Source: Octopus vulgaris (Eukaryota). From it: a stretch of DNA of 64,000 nt. Position numbers and translations under genes: made by a program. Position 1 is the stretch's first letter. Every line of letters starts with the position of its first letter. Location: the NCBI GenBank assembly GCA_951406725.2, contig OX597814.1, positions 4,650,001-4,714,000 of the forward strand, written 5' to 3'. Shown here in pieces: positions 53,271-64,000 of this stretch. The notes beneath the pieces were generated by a model. It was given only the letters and a program-made list of their open reading frames with translations. It searched no databases and was not told the origin of the DNA.

Positions 53271-53559
53271 TAAACTATGGTTGCAGAACAAACAAATACA
53301 AGGTCATCCACGTAACATTTCATATCTCGAACATTTAATCATAGAATATACATGTATAACATCACGGAAGATGAAACATAACTCATCAGTAGAAGCATAT
53401 AAGAAAATGCAAGAAAAATGTGTGTATTTGTTTGTTCTGCAACCATAGTTTAATATATTTGTCTCATTTAATTGAGCACTTCTATAGCAGTCCTATTAAA
53501 CGTTTTGTTCCTGATAAGAAACAATCACTGTATTATTGATATATGTATATATATATATA

Positions 53560-54715
53560 TTATATTAAATTAGAGATAAAACCACTATTAGGCAAATCAT
53601 ACAATGAAAAACTTAAGCCAATACATAAGATTATTTAATTTATATTATTTAAATATATAACAAAATTATTAAAAAAATATAATTAATATAACACTACGAT
53701 CGTTTCATGGCTGTTAATTTCTTTAAATTTTCGAGTTACAGTCATTCATCAGGTGGTTTAAATATCTAAAATATAATCAATATTTTTAAGATATAAATAA
53801 TATATATAATATAATAATTTTACTTATAATAAACTCTATTATCAAATATGATTATATCCAAATCGACTATAATGTTAAATATTAATTTTAATTTATAAGG
53901 TAGGAAACCCATAATCTAATTATGCATATATATATATGTATGTATTAATGTAAGTATGTATGTATGTATACAGTATATATTTTCATGAGCCACTGATAGT
54001 TTGATGCGATAAAAGAAACTCAGATACCATTTTGCAGCACATCTGGCGCCTTCACACAATGCTCCGTCTGTGCACTCATTTCATAACAAACTCAAACAGG
54101 ACGAAAGGATAAGAGAAAATATGAGAAAAGGGGAGAAGAAGGTTGATGTAAAAGGTGGGCGGTTGGAAGCACTGGAAAACGGAAAGAAAACCGAAAGGAA
54201 ATGGAAAAAGAAAAAAGAATAAAGAGGGAGAAATAGAGTTATGCCCTATTTGACCGTAAAATCATAAGGGTAAATGAATAGGGGTCTGGAATCTGCGGCA
54301 CTGTTACTGAATCTGGAGAGGAAGATATTTTCCAGTTCGGAAACAGTAACTTATCCATATATTTTCATCCGCTGAAAATTTCAGACCTGGAATTCAGCAG
54401 TGCACTGTAGTTCTTAGATCTGAAAAGGACCTGTGATCTTTCAGCTACGCATAGCTTGCTTGCATTTTTTTTATCGATTAACATATGGCATGGATTTTTC
54501 AACTATTTTTCCACTTAATTAGATGTGGGCTGACGTTAGACTTTAATCCCTGTACGTGACTAGTCAACTTAGTGGCTTTACTTTTGTCTGTGTCGGAAGG
54601 AAGATATATGTTTAACATAGCGATTTTTGAAGTCACCTTCACGTAACCCGATGTAATTCTTCTTTTCGGATATGTTATCGTTTCGCGTTGCTATAACTTC
54701 TGCCTTATATAGAGC
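53560..54715 (-). pseudogene. Penelope-like element 3' part (GIY-YIG C-terminus + 3' pLTR region)
   Basis: LYKAEV..NYIGLREGDFKNRYVKHISSFRH..IKWKIVEKSMPY..KKCK, with a same-strand hammerhead downstream. Confidence 0.8.
53690..53758 (-). ncRNA. type I hammerhead ribozyme
   Basis: CAC-CTGATGA-ATGACTGT...ACAGCCAT-GAAA-CGATCG-TA-GTG: intact core, palindromic stem III. Confidence 0.78.
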
Positions 54716-54719
54716 TAGC

Positions 54720-55950
54720 AGTGACCTTCGTGAAGCAGTGTGACGAGTAACATCGCTGCATTTACTTCGCAAGTTGCGAAGTTTGTGTTTTTGTGATTAA
54801 ATGTATGCTGTAGTTTTGCGATTTTGTCACGGACAGGAAGTTGGAACAAAGATCCAACGTGAAGTTTTGTGCTAAACTTGGGAAGTCTGCTACAGAGATA
54901 TTGAGCAGGCTTCGACGAGCCTACGACGACGAGGCGACGGGTCGTACACACCGTTTCGAGTGAGACGGACGCTTTAAAAGCGGAAGAATGTTCCTGGAAG
55001 ACGATGAGCGATCAGGAAGGACTTCCACGAGCGCCGCTCCCGGAAATGCGGAGAAAATTCATCAGTTTGTGCATGAGGATTGTTGGCGGACAATCAACGC
55101 CATTTCTGATGTTGTTGACCAGTCCTATGGGTTCGTGCAGGCATCCTAACGTTTGAATTGAACATGCGGAGTGTCTCTGTCAAGTTTGTCTCCCGACTGC
55201 TGACCATTGGAACAGAAAGAACATCGCGTCGAAGTCTGCCAAGATGTCTGTCAGCGTGCTGCTGCTGATGACCCATCCTTCATGCGGAGGTTCATCACCG
55301 GTGAGGAGAGTTGAGTCTACTGGTATGACCCCGAGACGAGGCAGGAATCGTCACAATGGAAGTGGCCTTCATCTCCACGGCCGAAGAAGGCACCAGAGAG
55401 CCGCAGCTCAATCAAGAGCTTGCTCGTCGTTTCTTTCGACATCCGCGGTGTTGTGCATCGAGAGTTCGACCCCCAGGACCAGACCGTCAATCGAGAGTTC
55501 TACTGCGACGTTTTGAAGTGTTTGAAGGAAGACATTCGGCGGAAGCGACCGGATCTGTGGAGCGCAAAGAATTGGATTCTTCACGACGACAATGCACCCT
55601 GTCACTGAGCTCTCCTCACTCGTGAGTATCTCTCCAAAAACAACATGGTATCGCTTCCGTACCCACCTTATTCACCAGATTTAACACCTGCGGTCTTCCA
55701 TCTCTTCCCCAAGCTGAAAATGCAGCCCAAAGGTCAAAATGCACCGCGATCGAGATCAAATGCGAATCACTGAAGGTTCTCAACTTACTAACGGAAAACG
55801 ACTGCCAGGCCGATTCCAAAAGTGACAGGAACGCTGGGACGGGTGCATTGCTGCGCAAGGTGTCTATTTCGAAGGAAATGATGTTAAAACTCATTAAATT
55901 ATTTTTTATTAAACATAACTAGTCCGGAAACCTTTTGATACCACCTCGTA
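54720..55950 (+). mobile_element. decayed mariner (DD34D) transposon, 5' TIR lost
   Basis: EQRSNVKFC..LGKSATE, EDDERSGR, WILHDDNAPCH, YPPYSPDLTP. 3' TIR ...CTTTTGATACCACCTCG|TA. Confidence 0.9.
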
Positions 55951-55987
55951 TATATGTTCGTATTTCATTATTCAGTTTTATTTTAAA

Positions 55988-56202
55988 AAGGCGGCGAGCT
56001 GGCAGAAACGTTAGCACGCTGAACAAAGCGCTTAGCAGTATTTCGTCTACAGCTACGTTCTGAGTTCAAATTCCGCCGAGGTCGACTTTGCCTTTCATGA
56101 TTTCAGGGTCGATAAATTAAGTACCAGCTGAGTACCGTGGTCAAAGTAATTGACTTAACTCCTCCCCACCAAATTTCAGGCCTTGTACCTAGAGTAGAAA
56201 TG
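55988..56202 (+). mobile_element. SINE A monomer (alternative tail) with 17-bp TSD
   Basis: ATTATTCAGTTTTATTT at 55967-55983 and 56203-56219. Confidence 0.88.
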
Positions 56203-56993
56203 ATTATTCAGTTTTATTTCATGATATCCTGCCAATAAAGAGCCGGTTTCTAATCTAGATCCAAGGCTTCTCTATTGGAATTTCAACAACATCAACGGGA
56301 TATTTTTGTACGTATGTGTGCATATGTGCAGATCTGTATATTTTGCTTTATGTATGTATTTTCATGCGAATAACTGCACGTCTATACATGTTCATATATG
56401 ATTGAAGGATAAACTTCTGGAGGTGTTACAAAGTTTTACAGTGTCAGTGATGGCTTGAATCTGTAGTCTTAGAATCAGTTTTCTCCTTTCTGGTTTTGAG
56501 AAGACAAATTTCTCAAGATTGGTATTTAGTCAGTGTGTTACATTTCCCACGGCCCCAATAATTACAGGTATAAACCTGACCTTTCAATCTGGATAGAGTA
56601 ACTACAGATTTCTCAATAATTCAACATAGGTGTTCTCTTTTTCACTGATCTTCAGCTTTATGTTAACATCCGGTGGGCAGCTAATTTCCACAACTGTGCA
56701 CAGTTTCTCTTCTCTATCCCAAATCATTATATCAGGTCTGTTGTGCTTACATTTTATTGAGGTCTTCACTGGGACATTCCACCAGTATTCCTTTTTATTA
56801 TGAGTGGCTATGGCTTCTGCCATATTGTTGGTTCTTATTTCTTTGTCCTCGGAGATATCTTTCCAACGGATCTCATTATACAGTGTCCTAGCTACAACAT
56901 CAGGACATTTTTGGACAACTGCTGGTGATGTGGGTGATGTCTTCGGTGTTAACTCCACAAAGTCTGCATCGGTTGTCACATTCTGCTGTTTTA
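56203..56993 (-). pseudogene. RLE-type (R4-like) LINE 3' fragment adjacent to (TACA)n
   Basis: CRLCGVNTEDITHITSSCPKM, WWNVPVKT..HNRPDIMIWD..CTVVEISCP..KENTY. Confidence 0.85.
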
Positions 56994-57289
56994 CATACAT
57001 ACATATGTATGCATGTATGTATGTATGTATGTATGTATGTATGTATGTATGTATGTATGTATGTATGTATGTATGTATGTATGTGTGTATGTATGTACAA
57101 CGTACGTATATATGTATCTAGGTATCTATATTGTGATCTATAGATGACTTCGTTCTACTGTTATAGATAGAGAGATAATTTTCACCAATTGAGGCAGAAA
57201 TTAAAAGATATATAGACTTATAAAGGCCAGTTGAAATGTGTTGTGTGAGAAAGAAAATACTAAGGGAGACCTAGCGTCTGTTATGATGA

Positions 57290-57720
57290 ACAAGTATCGT
57301 CTGCTTTCAATGAATTCAATTCCATGGATCGCCAGCTGCAGTCTTTCTTGTGCTCTCCTCATACATTGATACATTCACTCCATTTTAAACCTGTCCAAAT
57401 CTTCATATTATCCACATAATTTTTGGTGTTCATCTTTTAGCGTCTTTCTAAAGCATTTTTCTAATTAAGTGTCCAAAATACCTTCGTTTCCTCTCTTCTT
57501 TCCTTTTTCACTAGTTTTTAATGCTTCACTCTAAGCTTTGTATTCTGTCCCTGATATTTTCAAAATTCTCTATTCCCACATCTCAAAGACTAGTGTTCCA
57601 TTCGATAAGACTTTCGTTAATATCCATGTTACAACTCCATATTGTAGAATGGACCATATACCACATTTTAATAATTTTTTCTGGTTTCAATATTAATGCT
57701 TCTTGATGCCAATACCTATG
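57290..57720 (-). pseudogene. highly decayed RTE-like LINE 3' fragment
   Basis: KRRYFGHLIRK-like motif on the minus strand. Confidence 0.35.
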
Positions 57721-58132
57721 ATATTTTTTTTTTCAAATCATTTTCTATCTTTGTGAATCTTTCTTTTGATCACTGTCCCACATTTACCATTTCCTGATTC
57801 CATATATCCTACACACATCATCTTTGGAGTTATTTCAAAAGGTTTTCCTTCAATTGGAATATTTCGTTTCTGCTCGACGCTCATCACCAATGACTTTGTT
57901 TCCTTTACATCCAAAACCGTTCCATTATACAGTTCTTTCTCATTGACGTCTTTTACAAGGATCTGTAAATTGCTCAGCCTGCTAGATCTAGCAGCCAATC
58001 ACCCTTCTAATGTCGTTAGAAAGGGAACTGATTGAGGCAAGCATGCTCTACTATAACTTCGGGCCGACCAAAACCGTCTAAATGGATTTCGGGGACGGAA
58101 AACTGAAAACAGCCCGTCGTATGGATCTGTGT

Positions 58133-58192
<60 letters not shown>

Positions 58193-58854
58193 TTTCATGT
58201 TTTTTTGTGTCTGTGTTTGTCTCCATTACCGCTTGACGAATGGTGTCTGCATGTTTACGTTTCCGTAACTGAACTGCTCAGCAAAAAGAGACCGATAGAA
58301 TAAGTACAATATAAAAGAAAAGAGCGGGGCCAAAATCGAAACCTGCCCTTCTAAAGTAAATACGAAATTATCAATGCAGCAATTATATTTATAAGTCCTC
58401 AACAGATTTATTCAGAAGACCTGTTCGTGTTTGCGTCTCCCTAAGTATAATACAATTCCTCTTCAGACAGATGATAACATTCATAACAAACCTTTCACCA
58501 GGCCATTGCTATTTACTTCGTTTTATGTAACTCGTTGAACACCAATCACCCCTACAGAATTAACTTGTACCTGTTGAGAAACAAGGGACGTAACACAGGA
58601 AAATCTACACTCTCCTGTTTGCAATTATTTTATGAGTTACCAACCAACCTATATACAACTTCGCATGCCTGATATGTGTATAATATTCAATCTTTTTAGT
58701 TCGTTATGACATGCATGAAGAACATGTTTGAGTATTTCTCAACATATGAAATTATTAGTAGCGCTTTAATACACGTATTGTGTCCTTTAAATAAATAATA
58801 TCTCTCACCAGATGGAGTACTTTTTTTGTCGAATTTCTATCACGGAATAGTACG

Positions 58855-58902
<48 letters not shown>

Positions 58903-59046
58903 TTTATAGAAAACATAAATCCGTAGAGCAGTAAATATTATAATGGGGAAGGCCGGTTTATGGGGTTACCCTGGGTAATCCCATAAACCACCCCTCCCCA
59001 TTAAAAATTAAAATATATATGTAATTGTGTATGTATATGTATGTAT

Positions 59047-59670
59047 TTATTTTCAGTTGGTGAGCAGCGGCCATGCTTGGGCACCGCCATTAGCTTTACT
59101 ACACTTTCATTACTTGAAAACCTCCTCTAATATGTGACATTTGTTGGATGAGGGAGTTCGATGGTGCTGCCCTCATCTGTGTTCCCTGCCGTGAAGTAAG
59201 CTCATTCGGAACTCTTTGATGAGAGGAGACCCAATTTTGCCTTGAAGACACCTACATTCACCTCATGCAGGTCTCTCAGGCATTTTGGCAGGATTTTGAA
59301 GAACTGTGGGCCCTTGTAACCTAAACTGTTGCAGTATCTGGTCCTGTATTTTGATGGCGATATTGAGATCTTTGGCACTATGCAGTGACGCTCCGTTCGA
59401 CTGTTTGTGTAACTTTCAATGCCAAAGTTTGGTAGAAAGTCCTTCCAGGATTTTCCAGATTTATATCGCTGCCTATCTGTCCCGCCTTCGTTCTAGGGAG
59501 TCGAGTCTTAACCTTTTTTCAACCTTTCCAGGTATCTGACATGTTTCATTGAGTCGATCTTCGCTGGACTGCATCCCGTTCCGTCGATAATTTTACACCA
59601 TGTTGTGACCATATTCAGGAGCAGAAGTCTAAGCGGCTGAGGACATATGCCCGACACAGGACCACCGTGG
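59047..59670 (-). pseudogene. CR1-like LINE 3' end
   Basis: YLERLK.LRLDSLERRRDR..IYIWKILEG..GPQFFKILPKCLRDL..FKAKL. 3' tail GGCGGTGCCCAAGCATGGCCGC. Confidence 0.75.
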
Positions 59671-60039
59671 TTTCCTGTACTCTTGTTTATATGTGTGTGT
59701 GAGCGTGAGTGTATACACTTACATATATATATAAACACATGTGTGCATATATATATATATATATGTACTTATTTGCACACATACATACACACAATACACG
59801 CATACATAGATCTGTTATCTTTTACTTGTTTCAGACATTGGACTGCGGCCATGCTGGGACACCATCTTGAAAGTACTTTTTTAAGCGTGGTACCTATTTA
59901 TATAGGTCTTTCCCTAGAATTCTTATGGGGATGTAAACAAACCAACACCGGTTGTCAAACGCTAGTAAGGGAACAAACACAAATGCAAACACATATCTAT
60001 CTATCTATCTTTCTATCTATTTATCTATCTCTTTTCTTT

Positions 60040-60555
<516 letters not shown>

Positions 60556-60623
60556 GAAGTAAATAACTATTCCAAAGCATAATTATTTCATATTCGCTAA
60601 CTTTATAAAATTCTTAGGACGTA

Positions 60624-60671
<48 letters not shown>

Positions 60672-61583
60672 AGGATATCATTGCTCTCTTGCGTCGTTTC
60701 ACAAAAAATATAGTGAGCCCCACCCCGCTAAATATCAACCGTTCCTTCAGAACAGTTCTGTAAATACGAACCTAATACGATAACCATCGTCGATGGCGGC
60801 AGAGGGAGGATTGTATAAATGACAGGTGTTTAGTGAAAGTTCAGTGCTGGGAAACAAAGCTGGAAGTAATGTCATATGAAAAGTTCACCACGATTGCATC
60901 AAGTTCGCCCCATGAATGACGAAATTCTATGCTAATACATCAATCGATGTGAGTGATAGGATATCCCTGAGTTTAAAACACCTAATATTAGATTCTGGTC
61001 ATTATTAGCTTACATAAAAATATCGATAAACGATTATGAAGCGATTTGTCTCCCCAGTGGAATAAATGGAATCACGCATCAAAAGTCTGTATTTTCTGCT
61101 TTACAATTTGTAATCATTCATTATTTGACGGGTGAATAGCTGCACTGGCTTCGGAAGAGGAAATGGAGACTGTGGCAATCACACACTTTTCCCAAGGACA
61201 TTATTTCGTATAAGTGAAGTTGAAAAGCTACAATTTGATAATTGAAACCAATTGCTAAAGCCAGTCCAGTGGAAAGCAACATAACCGCATCCTCCGACTA
61301 CAATACCCCGCTCACACTACTACAGATCCACCGGTTGAGCAGAACCATACAAGAAGACACGGGGCAGGGAGCTGGGTGACTTTCAACAGTGAAGTCGAAA
61401 CAGTCAAGACTGGGAGAACACAAAATAATTTTTTAAATTAAAATGGATGAGTACACCGAAGCTGGAATCGGTTGAAATTGAGAATAGGTTCTGGGAGGTG
61501 AAAGGGTAATCTGTCTTTGGCAAACACCAGGTACAATTCCGAACGCTTCTTCATGCTTACATATTAGACCAAAGCCTAAGAAC

Positions 61584-61614
<31 letters not shown>

Positions 61615-61622
<8 letters not shown>

Positions 61623-61831
61623 TCTTTTACATGTTTCAGTCATTTGACTGCGGCCATGCTGGAGCACCGCCTTTAATCGAGCAACTCGACCCCAGGACTT
61701 ATTCTTTTGTAAGCCCAGTACTTATTCTATCGCTCTCTTTCGCCGAACCGCTAGGTAACGGGGACATAAACACACCAGCATCTGTTGTCAAGCAATGCTA
61801 GGGGGACAAACACAGATACACAAACACATAC

Positions 61832-61868
<37 letters not shown>

Positions 61869-62032
61869 CGACAGGCTTCTTTCAGTTTCCGTCTAACAAA
61901 TCCACTCACAAGGCTTTGGTTGGCCCGAGGCTATAGTAGAAGACACTTGCCCAAGGTGCCACGCAGTGGGACTGAACCCGGAACCATGTGGTCGGTAAAC
62001 AAGCTACTTACCACACAGCCACTCCTGCGCCT
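61615..62032 (-). mobile_element. SINE B
   Basis: Full copy. Confidence 0.88.
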
Positions 62033-62205
62033 ATATAATATTTAAAGGACTAATATTTAAAGGAAACTAATGTCTAGAGTCTTATTAGACGAATGACTTA
62101 TGAGATGTTAGACTAATGTTTAATGAAATGTTTGACTAATGCCTAATGACATATTAGGCTAATGTCTAATGACATGTTTAACTAGTATTTAATGTCTCTT
62201 GATAA

Positions 62206-62607
62206 TCTTTTCTACTCTATGCACAAGGCCTGAATTTTTTTGGGGGGGGGGGGACAGTCGATTACATCGACCCCAGTGCGTAACTGGTACTTAATTTATC
62301 GACCCCGAAAGGATGAAAGGTAAAGTCGACCTCGGCGGAATTTGAACTCAGAACGTAGCGGCAGGCGAAATGCCTATTTCTTTACTATCCACAAGGGGCT
62401 AAACACAGAGAGGACAAACAAAGGCAAACAAACGGATTAAGTCGATTATATCGACCCCAGTACGCAACTGGTACTTATTTAATCGACCCCGAAAGGATGA
62501 AAGGCAAAGTCGACCCCGGCGGATTTTGAACTCAGAACGTAACGGCAGACGAAATACGGCTACGCATTTCGCCCGGCGTGCTAACGTTTCTGCCAGCTCG
62601 CCGCCTT
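62206..62607 (-). mobile_element. SINE A dimer (unit + alternative-tail unit) with TSD
   Basis: TCTCTTGATAA at 62195-62205 and 62610-62620. Confidence 0.88.
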
Positions 62608-63030
62608 AATCTCTTGATAACCCTATGAAACTAAATCACTTCAACCTTCGACATGTTTTACCAGTTTACGAAACTGAGCTGAAATGGACTTCCTGTAACG
62701 CATGCGCAACGATATACAGTAACCGGCCAGAGTTAACTGAAGCATACCCACACATATGTGCCTCAGTGATTTTTTTTTTCCTTACAACTTTCAGAAACAT
62801 TCTTTTTTTTCTTTTACTTGTTACAGTCATTTGACAGTAGTTATGCTAGAGCACCGCCTTTAATCTAGCAAATCGACCCCAGGACTTATTCTTTGTAAGC
62901 CTAGTACTTTTTCTATCGGTCTCTTTTCCCGAACCGCTAAGTTATAGCGACGTAAACACACCAACATCGGTTGACAATCAATGGTGGGGAGGGGGACAAA
63001 CACAAACATACAAACACATACATACATATG

Positions 63031-64000
63031 TCAGGTTGAACAAAAAGTAAGCAACGTTTTGAACCATGAAGAATTTGTATTTTTGCAGAGTTTTGAATTT
63101 TTTTAAACATTTTTTTATTTTTGGAAATTGTCTGATAACACAGACATAGACTCGCCCAAATGCATCAATAAATTAACATTGGTAATTTTTTTTTATTTTT
63201 GCATCTGGAATGGAATTGTCAAAGCGCGACATTCGAATAATTTTGCTGTTCAACTTCAAAAAAGGATGTAAAGCAGCTGAAACTGTTCGCGATATCAACG
63301 AAATGTTTAGTGAGGAAATGACCAGTGAGTGGTCAGTCCGGAAATGGTTGAAACAATTTCATAGTGGCGACCTGAGCCTTGAAGATCGTGGGTGTAGTGA
63401 ACACCGATTTGTCATCGATGACGGTCAATTAAAGACTGTCATTGAGAAAGATCCACGTAAAACTACTCGAAACCCGGCAAAAGACTTTCAAGTTAGCCCG
63501 AAAACTTCCCGCACCATTTGCATGCAATCGGAAAATCAACAAATGGATAGTACACAATTTGAATGAAAATCAGAAAATGACAGATATGAAATTTGCTCGT
63601 CGTTTCTTCTCCATAACCAGACTGATCCATTTCTCCATAACCAGGCCGATCAATTTCTTGACTGTATTGTAACTTGCGATGTAAAGTGGATTCTGTACAA
63701 TAACAAAAAAACGTTCTTGAAAGTGGTTGGACCAAAATGAACTACCAAAAGCCTTCCCTAAACCCTTCAAAAAACTCTTCAAAAAGAAGGCCATAGTGAC
63801 TGTTTGGTGGTGTGCTGCTGGACTCATCCACTATAACTTCTTAAAACCTGATGAAACCAATACTGCAGAAATATTGCCATGAAATTGCCAAAATAAACAA
63901 AAAGCTGCTACTCCTCCGTCCCAGACTGGTCAACAGAAGAGGGCCAATCGTTCTTCATGACAATGCTTGACCACACGTTTCACTACTGACGCTCCAGAAG
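63031..64000 (+). mobile_element. decayed mariner (Hsmar1/cecropia-like), inserted next to a SINE B tail; runs off the window
   Basis: TIR TCAGGTTGAACAAAAAGTAAGCAACGTTTT. IRIILLFNFKKGCKAAET, CIVTCDVKWILY, VTVWWCAAGLIHY, LHDNA. Frameshifts and a 24-bp internal duplication. Confidence 0.9.

Noticed and set aside
60780-61520. Unique-looking region as a possible exon (also 9850-10240, 18650-19070)
   Set aside because: Stops in the frames examined and no recognisable motifs. Needs BLASTx.

Overview
Eukaryotic, AT-rich, microsatellite-saturated DNA with no intact protein-coding gene visible. The SINE, LINE and microsatellite content suggests an octopus or other cephalopod genome (inference). Almost all ORFs in the track are simple-repeat artefacts or decayed transposon fragments. 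Recognisable elements: three tRNA-derived SINE families (called A, B, C here), a decayed near-full-length RTE LINE, R4/Dong-like RLE LINE fragments in (TAA)n, a CR1-like 3' end, two Penelope-like (PLE) fragments (RT thumb, GIY-YIG), two mariners, a DD37D/maT fragment, a hAT fragment, Helitron-like 3' ends and several foldback elements. The main signal is a set of short, often palindromic elements sitting in (TA)n tracts that carry minimal type-I hammerhead ribozyme motifs with palindromic stem III. There are about ten motifs in at least five sequence families, consistent with PLE pseudo-LTRs or retrozyme-like elements. A second signal is SINE A, which repeatedly forms head + (185 bp)n concatemers with a fixed junction inside a single TSD. 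All coordinates were read by eye, so boundaries are approximate.
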